A stretch of DNA of 64,000 nt from Candidatus Omnitrophota bacterium (GTDB lineage Bacteria; Omnitrophota; Gorgyraeia; 2-01-FULL-45-10): NCBI GenBank assembly GCA_028715345.1, contig JAQUSB010000001.1, positions 40,047 through 104,046 of the forward strand. The letters run 5' to 3'. Shown here piece by piece: positions 9,209-17,384 of the stretch. The position numbers were made by a program, and so were the translations under genes. The notes beneath the pieces are model-generated. The model was not told the DNA's origin, made no database searches, and saw nothing but the letters and a program-made list of their open reading frames with translations. The first letter of the stretch is position 1. Each line of letters begins with the position of its first letter.

Positions 9209-9263
9209 AAGGCAGATGCTCTATCCAGCTGAGCTACAGGGACGCACAAAATCTAAAATGAAC

Positions 9264-9340
9264 TGGTCGGGGCGGACAGATTCGAACTGTCGACTTCTTG
9301 GTCCCAAACCAAGCGCGCTAGCCAGCTGCGCTACGCCCCG
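9264..9340 (-). tRNA. tRNA-Pro (anticodon UGG)
   Basis: Reverse complement CGGGGCGTAGCGCAGCTGGCTAGCGCGCTTGGTTTGGGACCAAGAAGTCGACAGTTCGAATCTGTCCGCCCCGACCA. Anticodon loop TTTGGGA with G37 and CCA encoded. Confidence 0.85.
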
Positions 9341-9342
9341 TA

Positions 9343-9936
9343 TTATAAATACTTTTTCAAAAATTCGCGAACTTTTTTCAGCGCCTTCGAGCGGTGGCTC
9401 ATCCTATCTTTTACTTTAAGGCCGAGTTCGCCGAACGTTTCTTTGTATTTCGGTATAAGGAACAACGGGTCGTATCCGAAGCCGTATCCGCCCTTTTCGG
9501 AAAACGCTATCACCCCGGCACAGGACTCTTCCAGCACTTTCACTATCTTGCCGTTGTCGCATATCGCGACCGCGCATACGAATTTCGCCTGCCTTTTCGC
9601 GGGCGGGACATCAGCCAGGAGCTTCAGCAGTTTCTTATTATTCTGCTTGTCGCTCTTTCCCGATCCCGCAAATCTCGAAGACTTTACCCCGGGGGCGCCT
9701 CCTAAAGCTTTCACGACGAGCCCGGAATCATCGCCTACAGCAAGCCCGCCGGTAAATTTCGACACCGTCAGCGCTTTTTTGATCGCGTTGGCTTTAAAAG
9801 TCTTGCCATTCTCCACGATGCGCGGAGTATGTTTGAATTCTTTCAGCGAAACTACCCTGGCGCTTATCCCTTTAAGATACCGCCTGAGCTCATAGAGTTT
9901 TTTGTCGTTCTTTGTGGCTATAACAAGTTGGCGCAT
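9343..9936 (-). CDS. rdgB: non-canonical purine NTP pyrophosphatase (RdgB/HAM1 family)
   Basis: 197 aa with GFGYDPLF and SEKGGYGFGYDP motifs characteristic of dITP/XTP pyrophosphatases. Confidence 0.85.
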   Translation of the reverse strand: MRQLVIATKNDKKLYELRRYLKGISARVVSLKEFKHTPRIVENGKTFKANAIKKALTVSKFTGGLAVGDDSGLVVKALGGAPGVKSSRFAGSGKSDKQNNKKLLKLLADVPPAKRQAKFVCAVAICDNGKIVKVLEESCAGVIAFSEKGGYGFGYDPLFLIPKYKETFGELGLKVKDRMSHRSKALKKVREFLKKYL

Positions 9937-9938
9937 AT

Positions 9939-10673
9939 TTAAATAATACCCTTCAACACTTTCTTCTGCGCCGTGACCAGCTCGTCTATGCCTTTTTTTG
10001 CCAGCGTGATGAGCTTATTCATCTCTTCTTTTTTGAACGGCTCTTTTTCGGCGGTGCCCTGTATCTCCACAAAGCGGCCGTCGCCGGTCATAATGATATT
10101 CATGTCGACTTCCGCGGTAGAATCTTCGCTGTAATCGAGATCGAGCGCCGGTTTGCCGTCCAGAATACCTACGCTGATGGCAGCCACGTAATCCGAGACG
10201 GGGATATTTTCGATCAATCCCTCCTCGCGCATCTTTTCGAGCGCCAACACTGCGGAAACGAAACTTCCCGTGATACTTGCGCACCTGGTCCCGCCGTCGG
10301 CCTGGATCACGTCGCAGTCTATCCAGATCGTACGCTCTCCTATCTTCGCCATATCGGCGACCGACCGCATCGAGCGGCCTATCAAGCGCTGTATCTCCAT
10401 CGTCCTGCCGCCCAGCTTACCCCTGGACGCTTCCCTCTGCACTCTCGTCTTGCACGATCGGGGTATCATCCCGTACTCGGCCGTTATCCAGCCGGTGCCC
10501 TTGCCTTTCAGAAAAGGCGGGACGGTGTTTTCGATCGTCGCGGTCGTTATCACTTTCGTATCGCCGATCTCTATAAGGCAGGATCCTTCCGCGTACTTTA
10601 TGTAGTTCTTCGTTATCTTTAATTTGCGTAATTCGTCAGACGCTCTTCCGCTTTGCCTTGTCATATATGTCAT
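9939..10673 (-). CDS. rph: ribonuclease PH
   Basis: 244 aa with [33 protein letters not shown] and [18 protein letters not shown] motifs. Confidence 0.85.
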   Translation of the reverse strand: MTYMTRQSGRASDELRKLKITKNYIKYAEGSCLIEIGDTKVITTATIENTVPPFLKGKGTGWITAEYGMIPRSCKTRVQREASRGKLGGRTMEIQRLIGRSMRSVADMAKIGERTIWIDCDVIQADGGTRCASITGSFVSAVLALEKMREEGLIENIPVSDYVAAISVGILDGKPALDLDYSEDSTAEVDMNIIMTGDGRFVEIQGTAEKEPFKKEEMNKLITLAKKGIDELVTAQKKVLKGII

Positions 10674-11184
10674 TCCCTTTCGGATCTATCCCCACGATCA
10701 ACGGAAAGTCCGCGACTTCCATCTTGTAAATCGCTTCCGGGCCGAGATCTTTGAATAATATAGCCTTCGCGGCTTTTACCTTTGTCGAAAGAAGCGCGCC
10801 GATACCGCCTGTCGCCAGGAAGTAAACGCGCTTGTATTTTTTTATCGCTTTGCGCACCTCGGCGGACCTGTCCCCTTTTCCTATCATCCCGCCCAACCCC
10901 ATCTTCAGAAGTTCCGGCGTGAACGGGTCCATGCGCGAACTCGTGGTCGGGCCGCAGGAGCCTATGGCCCTGCCCGGCCTGGGCGGCGTAGGGCCGGCGT
11001 AATATATCACCGCGTCCTTTAAATTAAGCGGTACGGGCTTGCCTCTTACGATGAGATCGTGCAGCCTTTTATGCGCCGCATCCCTCGCCGTCAAAATAAC
11101 GCCGCTTAAGAGAACTTCATCGCCGGCCTTTAAAGACATGGCCGCTTGGCTGGTGATCGGCGTTCTTAATTTTATGGCGCTCAT
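10636..11184 (-). CDS. class I fumarate hydratase / Fe-S hydro-lyase, beta subunit
   Basis: 182 aa. The ATGA overlap with the alpha subunit stop and the motifs [11 protein letters not shown] and ATGGIG match the C-terminal (beta) domain of class I fumarase and tartrate dehydratase. Confidence 0.75.
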   Translation of the reverse strand: MSAIKLRTPITSQAAMSLKAGDEVLLSGVILTARDAAHKRLHDLIVRGKPVPLNLKDAVIYYAGPTPPRPGRAIGSCGPTTSSRMDPFTPELLKMGLGGMIGKGDRSAEVRKAIKKYKRVYFLATGGIGALLSTKVKAAKAILFKDLGPEAIYKMEVADFPLIVGIDPKGNDIYDKAKRKSV

Positions 11185-12026
11185 ATTGTCTTCTCTGCGC
11201 TCCTGGTGGCATGGCAGCTCATATTCACGGCGACCGGCAGGCCCGCGATATGCGTCGGCGCTTCCATTATGTTCACGCCGAGCGCTGTGGTATTCCCGCC
11301 CAGCCCCATAGGCCCGATACCTAAAGAATTGATCTCGCGCAAAAGCTCGCGCTCCAGTTTTGCGATATGCTTTTTAGGGTTTCTCCGATCTATCGGGCGC
11401 AGGAGCGCCTTCTTGGCAAGGTAAGCGCATTTTTCGAAAGTCCCGCCCAGCCCTATTCCTAAAACAAAAGGCGGACAGGCATCCGGCCCCGCCTTCTTCA
11501 CCGTCCCGATCACGAATTCCTTTATCATCTCGACAGGATCGGTGGGCCTGAACATTTTTATCGCGCTTTTATTCTCGCTGCCGAAACCTTTAGGCGAAAC
11601 GCTGATCTTTACTTTGTCGCCGTCTACGATATTCGTATAAATGACCGCAGGCGTATTGGTCCCGGTATTTTTGCGCTCGATGGCATCGGACACGACCGAC
11701 TTTCTCAAATAACCTTTCCTGTAGGCCTCCCCGACGCCTTCGTTTATGGCCTTATCGAGCTCCCCGCCGACGAGCAAAACATCCTGTCCTATATCGAGAT
11801 GAACTACCGCCACCCCGGTATCCTGGCATATCGCGATACGTTTTTTCCGAGCGAGTTTCGCGTTATCGATAATAGATTTGATGATATTCTTCGCCCGGAC
11901 GTTCTTTTCTTTGGACAGGCCGGACCTGAGCGCTTTCAATATATCTTTCCTCAGGTCAAAATTTGCCTTCAGGCAAAGTTCGTACACGGCTTCCGTTATT
12001 TCAGATACGTTTATCTCTCTCATCAT
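11181..12026 (-). CDS. class I fumarate hydratase / Fe-S hydro-lyase, alpha subunit
   Basis: 281 aa with CQDTGVAVVHLDIG and GIGLGGTFEK motifs. Cysteine ligands for the 4Fe-4S cluster are present. Confidence 0.8.
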   Translation of the reverse strand: MMREINVSEITEAVYELCLKANFDLRKDILKALRSGLSKEKNVRAKNIIKSIIDNAKLARKKRIAICQDTGVAVVHLDIGQDVLLVGGELDKAINEGVGEAYRKGYLRKSVVSDAIERKNTGTNTPAVIYTNIVDGDKVKISVSPKGFGSENKSAIKMFRPTDPVEMIKEFVIGTVKKAGPDACPPFVLGIGLGGTFEKCAYLAKKALLRPIDRRNPKKHIAKLERELLREINSLGIGPMGLGGNTTALGVNIMEAPTHIAGLPVAVNMSCHATRSAEKTI

Positions 12027-12415
12027 TCTCTCTTGTATTCAGCTTTTACGGTGGTCTTTATCCCGCCGCGTGCGTTGAATTCGCCTACTATCTCCATCCA
12101 CCTCGGCTTGCACGCCTTCACCAGGTCGTCGAGTATCTTATTTATGACGTTCTCATTGAATATACCGACATTGCGGTAAAATATCGTGTAATATTTCAGC
12201 GATTTCAATTCGACGCATAAAAGGCCGGGGATGTATCTTATCGTTATCGTCGCGAAATCCGGGAGCCCGGTCTTAGGGCATATGCATGTGAATTCCGGGA
12301 TGTCTATCGTGATGACGTAGTCTCTGTCCGGATACTGGTTTTTCCACGTCTCGACTACCGGCGTCTTCAGCCTTCGCACCTTCGATTGTAATCCTTCGTA
12401 TGATGATCTCTTCAT
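12023..12415 (-). CDS. queF: NADPH-dependent 7-cyano-7-deazaguanine reductase (type I QueF)
   Basis: 130 aa with EFTCICPKTGLPDFATI motif (catalytic Cys) and QueF E-(S/L)K-S-hK-LY-like motif ELKSLKYY. Confidence 0.85.
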   Translation of the reverse strand: MKRSSYEGLQSKVRRLKTPVVETWKNQYPDRDYVITIDIPEFTCICPKTGLPDFATITIRYIPGLLCVELKSLKYYTIFYRNVGIFNENVINKILDDLVKACKPRWMEIVGEFNARGGIKTTVKAEYKRE

Positions 12416-12419
12416 GCCG

Positions 12420-13127
12420 TCACTTCACTTTCAGTATTTTGTGTATCTGCGGTATCACTCTCATATTGCTCACGTCGTTCCTTGAGCCTACCTCGAGGAA
12501 TTTAATGAGCTTTTCGCGGTCGATATTCATATCGTCCGGCCTTACAGGAGAGGCCGGCTGTAAAATGAACGGGACATTCTTACAGGTTTTTCTTATTAAC
12601 TGCGACGCCTTCTCTATGTCCTCTATATCCGTATCGGGCGTAACGACCGCCTTCACGAAAACTTTCTTCTTCAACGCTATCTTCAGGAAATCGGCATGCT
12701 CGTGCCAGTATTCTCTATCGCCCGTCGAAGACGGCAGCTTAAAATCCATCGCCACTATATCGATGAGGTCTATTATCTTGGATAATTCATGCGGCAGCGT
12801 GCCGTTAGTTTCCAGATAAGATTTAAAACCCCTCGTCTTCTTCATAAGCTTCAGGAAAACCTGAAGAAAATCCCAATATAAAAGCGGCTCTCCTCCGGTA
12901 AAAGATACGGAGTGGTGCGGGCCGCGGGAGACATCCAGCGCTTTAACCTCTTTTGCAAGTTCGATCGCACCGTATTTTTTTGGCTTAACTTTTCTCGTCT
13001 CGTCGCAGAACGCGCAATTGAGGTTACACTTTTTGAACCGTATGAATATCTGTTTCGCGCCTAAGAATATACCTTCCCCCTGTATAGAGGAAAAAATTTC
13101 CGTTATTTCCGCTTTTACGCTGCTCAT
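12420..13127 (-). CDS. queE: 7-carboxy-7-deazaguanine synthase (radical SAM)
   Basis: 235 aa with CNLNCAFCDE radical SAM cluster motif and an N-terminal FSSIQGEG motif. Confidence 0.8.
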   Translation of the reverse strand: MSSVKAEITEIFSSIQGEGIFLGAKQIFIRFKKCNLNCAFCDETRKVKPKKYGAIELAKEVKALDVSRGPHHSVSFTGGEPLLYWDFLQVFLKLMKKTRGFKSYLETNGTLPHELSKIIDLIDIVAMDFKLPSSTGDREYWHEHADFLKIALKKKVFVKAVVTPDTDIEDIEKASQLIRKTCKNVPFILQPASPVRPDDMNIDREKLIKFLEVGSRNDVSNMRVIPQIHKILKVK

Positions 13128-13131
13128 ATCT

Positions 13132-13803
13132 TTATTTCCCGGCAGGATCTTTAATGCCGGCCTCCTTAAAACCTTTCTCTCTCAGCACGCAGGAGTCGCA
13201 TTCGCCGCACGGCAATCCGCCGCCTTTATAGCACGACCAGGTATATTTCAAAGGGGCCCTCAATCTTTGCCCCAGCCCGATTATTTCCCTTTTCGACATT
13301 TTTATAAGGGGAAATTCCAGTTTCAGTTTATTTTCAAGGCCCCGTTTCGTCCCCATCTTTATCGCGCGGCCTATCGCTTCCAGGTATCCCGGACGGCAAT
13401 CCGGATAACCGCTCGAATCCTCGTAATGGGCGCCTATAAATATCGCGTTAGCCCCTATCGCTTCGGCGTAAGACGCCGCGAAGCTTAAGAATATGGTGTT
13501 GCGCGCCGGCACATACGTCGACGGCACGCCGGACTTTTTTATCGTCCCTGGCTTCCGGCGCAAAGGCAGAGCGCTCTTTTTGTCCAAAAGGCTCGACCCG
13601 CCCCACGGCAGGCTTATCTTTACCGTCTTCAATCCGGCCCCGGCTGAGCGCGCCAATCTCTTCGCCATCGCCATCTCGACGCCGTGGCGCTGTCCGTAAT
13701 CGAAGTTCAGGCAATGGCACTCATAGCCTTTACTCTTGGCAAAGAACAATGTAACCGCCGAATCCAGCCCGCCCGAAAGGAGCACAACCGCTTTACGTTT
13801 CAA
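13132..13803 (-). CDS. queC: 7-cyano-7-deazaguanine synthase
   Basis: 223 aa with LLSGGLDS PP-loop and C-terminal CGECDSCVLR zinc motif. Confidence 0.85.
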   Translation of the reverse strand: MKRKAVVLLSGGLDSAVTLFFAKSKGYECHCLNFDYGQRHGVEMAMAKRLARSAGAGLKTVKISLPWGGSSLLDKKSALPLRRKPGTIKKSGVPSTYVPARNTIFLSFAASYAEAIGANAIFIGAHYEDSSGYPDCRPGYLEAIGRAIKMGTKRGLENKLKLEFPLIKMSKREIIGLGQRLRAPLKYTWSCYKGGGLPCGECDSCVLREKGFKEAGIKDPAGK

Positions 13804-13809
13804 ACCAGG

Positions 13810-14166
13810 TCACTCCGTGTAAACGGCGCAGGACTTTTCATTTTCCCAGACCGCGACAGAATAAACATTCTTTATCTTCTTTTTCAGATCGTCGTATATA
13901 AATTTCGCTATATTCTCCGAGGTCGGATTGATCTTCTTAAAATATTCCAGTTCGTTGAGATACGAATGGTCCATGCATTCTGTCGCGTCCTTGAGCGCCG
14001 CTTTCGCTATTTTAAAATCCACGGCCAGGCCGTTCTTATCCGTCTTCTCGTACCTGAAGGCCGCTTCCACTATCCAGTTGTGGCCGTGCAATTTTTCGCA
14101 CTTACCTTCGTAATTCCTCAGGTTATGCGCTGCGCTGAAATCCGCTTTAACTTTTATTTCGAACAT
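13810..14166 (-). CDS. queD: 6-carboxy-5,6,7,8-tetrahydropterin synthase
   Basis: 118 aa with FSAAHNL...CEKLHGHNW zinc/catalytic motifs typical of the PTPS fold. Confidence 0.85.
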   Translation of the reverse strand: MFEIKVKADFSAAHNLRNYEGKCEKLHGHNWIVEAAFRYEKTDKNGLAVDFKIAKAALKDATECMDHSYLNELEYFKKINPTSENIAKFIYDDLKKKIKNVYSVAVWENEKSCAVYTE

Positions 14167-14964
14167 TTATACGGCCCTCTTTACGCATTTGATACGGCGT
14201 TTCAGGAATTTCTCGCCTATGCGGACGAATCTGTTGGGCTCATCGCTGACGAAGAATATGTGCCTGCCGCTTCTTTTCGAACCGTTAAGCAACCCGCCCG
14301 CGTCCAGTATGCGGCGCGCTTCTTTGGCTGTCTCCCTGGCCGAATCGACCAGCATAACCCCGGGCCCCATGACTTTCTTAAGAACTTCTTTCAAAATAGG
14401 ATAATGGGTGCAGCCCATGACAAGGGTATCGACTTTTTTTTGTTTCAGAGGCTTAAGATAAATCTGAGTGATCGTCTTCGTAACTTCCTTATCCGACCAC
14501 CCCTCCTCGACCAGCGGCACAAATAACGGGCAGGCCTGCGTAAATACTTTATACCGGGGACTTATCTTCTTCACGGCCTTCTCGTAAGCTCCCGAGGAGA
14601 TAGTCGCATGAGTGCCGACTACGCCTATCCGGTTATTGCGTGTAGCGCTCACCGCCTGGCGCGCGCCCGGCTCTATCACGCCCATGACGGGGACCCTGAA
14701 GCATCTCTTCAAAAAATCGAGGCTGAGCGAAGACGCGGTATTGCACGCGACCACCACAAGCTTCACGTTATGTTCCATCAGGAATTCCACGTTCTCGACG
14801 GAAAACTTCGTCACGGTCTCTTTTGACTTGGTGCCGTAGGGCACCCTGGCGGTATCGCCGAAATATACCAGGTCTTCGTTAGGTAAAATATCCTGCATCT
14901 CGCCTACGACCGTAAGCCCGCCCACACCCGAATCGAATATGCCTATAGGCCTCGGATCGCTCAT
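14167..14964 (-). CDS. murI: glutamate racemase
   Basis: 265 aa with IGIFDSGVGGLTV and VVACNTAS motifs. Confidence 0.85.
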   Translation of the reverse strand: MSDPRPIGIFDSGVGGLTVVGEMQDILPNEDLVYFGDTARVPYGTKSKETVTKFSVENVEFLMEHNVKLVVVACNTASSLSLDFLKRCFRVPVMGVIEPGARQAVSATRNNRIGVVGTHATISSGAYEKAVKKISPRYKVFTQACPLFVPLVEEGWSDKEVTKTITQIYLKPLKQKKVDTLVMGCTHYPILKEVLKKVMGPGVMLVDSARETAKEARRILDAGGLLNGSKRSGRHIFFVSDEPNRFVRIGEKFLKRRIKCVKRAV

Positions 14965-16091
14965 ATCTTCGTAAAGCCTTCCGTCCTTTCGTATTCTCTT
15001 TTATACTTTAATAAGCCCTGCACCACAGACTCGGCTATCCTGTCTAAAAACGCCGGGTCTTTCAGCTTCAGCTCTTCGTATTTATTGCTCAAATAGCCGG
15101 CTTCGACAAGCACCGCCGGGATATTGGTATGTTTAAGCACGTAGAATCGCGCGGTCCTTATGCCCCTGTTGCCGGTGACAAGGCTCTCGTCGATCGAATC
15201 ACAGATCGAACCGGCAAGTTCAGCCGACTCGAGCCTATTCTCGGTAAGCGTCATATCCCAAAGCGTCTTATCGAGCGGTTTGGAATGCTGGGCCGACGCG
15301 GCTTCGTCCATTTTCAGCGAAGAATTTTCGAAAGCTTCGAGCGCGCGGGCGTTATCATCCGTGGCGTTCGACAGATAATAACATTCGAAGCCCCTCATCA
15401 TCCTCGAGCGCGACGCGTTTATATGCACGCTGATGAACAGGTCCGCGCCGCTCTTATTCGCGATCTCCGAGCGCCTGGGAAGCGGTATAAAGACATCGCT
15501 GTCCCGGGTCATAATAACTTTAAGGCCGGCGTCCTCCAGAAGAGATTTGATCTTTTTCGCCAGCTTAAGGGTCAGGACTTTTTCCTTTACGTGGGTCCTT
15601 CTGCCTATAGCGCCGGGGTCATTGCCTCCGTGGCCGGGGTCGATAACCACCTTCTTTATAGTAAATCTCTTCGGCCCTTCGGGCGCCGGCGGAAGCTTGC
15701 CCGCCGGACGGTAACCTGCAATGGGGCCCAGGTTATTCCTGACGAACGAGAGCGGGACAAAAAGTTCGCCGTCACTCATAGTAACCGGCTTGTCCATCTT
15801 TACCATCTCATCGTTAAAAAGCACCCTGTCTCCCCCTGCTCTTACAGCTATCCGGTTCGAGCCTTTACTGATAAAGGCCGTGCGCGCAAAATTATCGCAC
15901 CTATGCTCAAACCCGTAAAAATCGCATACTTTCCCGAGCGAAATATATTCCGAGCCGCCCATCGGCCTGACATACTTCTGCAGGGAAGTATCCAGCTTAA
16001 AATGCGGCACTCCGGTCGCGCATCCGGATAAAACAGCGACAGCACAGCATATAATAATTATGGGGTAATATTTATAATTATTTATTTTCAT
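14961..16091 (-). CDS. N-acetylmuramoyl-L-alanine amidase (Amidase_3) lipoprotein with N-terminal AMIN-like domain
   Basis: 376 aa with lipobox LSGC. The Amidase_3 core carries IDPGHGGNDPGA and DLFISVHINA motifs. Confidence 0.8.
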   Translation of the reverse strand: MKINNYKYYPIIIICCAVAVLSGCATGVPHFKLDTSLQKYVRPMGGSEYISLGKVCDFYGFEHRCDNFARTAFISKGSNRIAVRAGGDRVLFNDEMVKMDKPVTMSDGELFVPLSFVRNNLGPIAGYRPAGKLPPAPEGPKRFTIKKVVIDPGHGGNDPGAIGRRTHVKEKVLTLKLAKKIKSLLEDAGLKVIMTRDSDVFIPLPRRSEIANKSGADLFISVHINASRSRMMRGFECYYLSNATDDNARALEAFENSSLKMDEAASAQHSKPLDKTLWDMTLTENRLESAELAGSICDSIDESLVTGNRGIRTARFYVLKHTNIPAVLVEAGYLSNKYEELKLKDPAFLDRIAESVVQGLLKYKREYERTEGFTKI

Positions 16092-16101
16092 AATAAATTA
16101 A

Positions 16102-16186
16102 TGGTGCGGAAGGTGGGATTTGAACCCACAAGTCTTGCGACACAGGCTTCTGAGACCTGCGCGTATGCCAGTTCCGCCACTTCCGC
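16102..16186 (-). tRNA. tRNA-Leu (anticodon CAG)
   Basis: 85-nt class II tRNA GCGGAAGTGGCGGAACTGGCATACGCGCAGGTCTCAGAAGCCTGTGTCGCAAGACTTGTGGGTTCAAATCCCACCTTCCGCACCA with a long variable arm and CCA encoded. Confidence 0.8.
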
Positions 16187-16245
16187 ACGAGTATTGGCGC
16201 ATATTGAATTTATTAGTATACCGCAAAACGGCACTGCTGGCAAGG

Positions 16246-16274
16246 TTGATTTCGCGTCGATATTATGCTATATT
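16246..16274 (+). promoter_or_regulatory. candidate sigma70 promoter for smpB (TTGATT-N17-TATATT)
   Basis: A -35 box TTGATT (16246-16251) and a -10 box TATATT (16269-16274) with 17-nt spacing. They sit very close to the smpB start, so the leader would be very short. Confidence 0.3.
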
Positions 16275-16285
16275 AAGGCTTGAAA

Positions 16286-16738
16286 ATGGCAGATACTATC
16301 ATAGCGACTAACAGGCACGCAAGGTTCGAATATAACATACTCGAAAGCCTTGAAACCGGAATAGCGCTCACAGGGACAGAGGTCAAGTCGCTAAGGACGG
16401 GTAAGGCCGGCCTTGCAAATAGTTTCGCCAGGATCGAGGGCACCGAGATATTTTTGCACGGTATGCACATAGCGCCGTATTCGTTCGGCAATATTGCCAA
16501 CCCTGACCCGCTGAGATCGAGAAAGCTTCTGTTGCACAAAAAACAGATACGCCATCTTATCGCAGAGGTAACGACCAAGAAACTGACCCTCATCCCTCTT
16601 AAGGCGTATTTTAAGAACGGTATAGTTAAAATAGAGCTGGCGTTAGCCAGAGGGAAGAAATTATACGATAAGCGCGATGTCATTAAGAAGCGCGACATGG
16701 ACAGGGAATTGAAACGTATTTCCAGAAGCAGAAGTTAG
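16286..16738 (+). CDS. smpB: SsrA-binding protein SmpB
   Basis: ATG at 16286 (MADTIIATNRHARFEY...). The track ORF begins at an upstream TTG. Conserved SmpB motifs NRHARFEYNILE and GIAL.G.EVKS are present. Confidence 0.85.
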   Translation: MADTIIATNRHARFEYNILESLETGIALTGTEVKSLRTGKAGLANSFARIEGTEIFLHGMHIAPYSFGNIANPDPLRSRKLLLHKKQIRHLIAEVTTKKLTLIPLKAYFKNGIVKIELALARGKKLYDKRDVIKKRDMDRELKRISRSRS

Positions 16739-16771
16739 CACGGTTCTTTAACATAGCTCTTTGCAAAAATC

Positions 16772-17187
16772 GGGGGTGAAAGGTTTCGACCCAGATGAGC
16801 AAAGTATAAGCAGCATGTAGAGGTTGCTAGGAGGCCTCTTTAAACACCTGGCAAAAAATCAAATGCTGAAAACGTAAAAGTTCCAGCAACGGTGAACGAA
16901 CTCCTAAGCACCATGCAAGTGGTGCCGGGGCCAGTTCTACCGGTAGCGTTACCTTTATAAGGTAACCCGCCAACCGGTCCTTCTCCTGCGGGGGCCGGAT
17001 TGACGACACACAGCAGGATGGCCCGGATCTTTTAGCCTTTGGAGGCCCGGGCGAGACTGACAAAGGATACCTCTTTGAAATTCCGCCTGTTGAAGTTCAC
17101 TGGGGGAAATCAAAGATCAGGCTAAACATGTAGCGGCTTATTCTTTGACGTTCGGGGACGCGGGTTCAATTCCCGCCACCTCCACCA
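16772..17187 (+). ncRNA. ssrA: tmRNA (transfer-messenger RNA, ssrA)
   Basis: 5' end is GGGGGUGAAAGGUUUCGAC. 3' end is GGACGCGGGUUCAAUUCCCGCCACCUCCACCA, a T-arm with acceptor 3' strand and encoded CCA. The acceptor pairs GGGGGUG with CACCUCC and carries the G3.U identity pair. It lies immediately downstream of smpB. Confidence 0.85.
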
Positions 17188-17204
17188 CTAACAAATTTGG
17201 CTTC

Positions 17205-17238
17205 AGGCCCAAAAAATGTGGTGTGTGTTTTTTGGCCT
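17205..17238. terminator. hairpin AGGCCCAAAAAA-loop-TTTTTTGGCCT downstream of ssrA (possible bidirectional terminator)
   Basis: About 17-bp inverted repeat with an 11-nt loop. It lies in the intergenic space between convergent ssrA (+) and the deacetylase gene (-). Confidence 0.4.
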
Positions 17239-17283
17239 TCAGCCGCCGGACTTAAATAATAGCGGGCTTGCGCCCAAATTTGT

Positions 17284-17310
17284 TTAAAGGGAAACTACGT
17301 TTCCCTTTAA
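17284..17310. terminator. hairpin TTAAAGGGAAAC-tac-GTTTCCCTTTAA
   Basis: Perfect 12-bp inverted repeat with a 3-nt loop, flanked by a T-rich tract on the plus strand. Lies between the convergent genes. Confidence 0.4.
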
Positions 17311-17384
17311 TATATCCCTTCCTTTAAGAAAAGAAAAGGTTTTCCTTAATTTTCCTTTCCAAAATATTCTTTCCCAAAACTAAA

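Larger units (their letters stand above)
8685..9243 (-). tRNA. tRNA-Arg (anticodon UCU) interrupted by a group I intron (exon 2 8685..8726, intron 8727..9208, exon 1 9209..9243)
   Basis: 5' exon GTCCCTGTAGCTCAGCTGGATAGAGCATCTGCCTT and 3' exon CTAAGCAGAGGGTCGCCTGTTCGAATCAGGCCAGGGACGCCA join into a canonical tRNA. Acceptor is GTCCCTG/CAGGGAC, anticodon stem TCTGC/GCAGA, loop CTTCTAA. The join works only if 482 nt are removed. Confidence 0.75.

Noticed and set aside
13684-14526. 280-aa plus-strand ORF spanning queD and murI on the opposite strand
   Set aside because: Antisense shadow. Both opposite-strand genes have strong family signatures.
15129-16031. 300-aa plus-strand ORF
   Set aside because: Antisense shadow of the well-supported Amidase_3 gene. 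Its Arg-rich composition is typical of GC-skewed antisense frames.
16280-16285. TTG start for smpB as given in the ORF track (MKMADT...)
   Set aside because: An ATG at 16286 gives the conserved MADTII N-terminus. The track converts alternative start codons to M.
17205-17310. Considered the ssrA-downstream hairpins as a possible attachment site or integrated element, since tmRNA genes are common integration targets
   Set aside because: No integrase, direct repeat of the tmRNA 3' end, or foreign gene block follows. The next gene, the YdjC deacetylase, is convergent and housekeeping-like.
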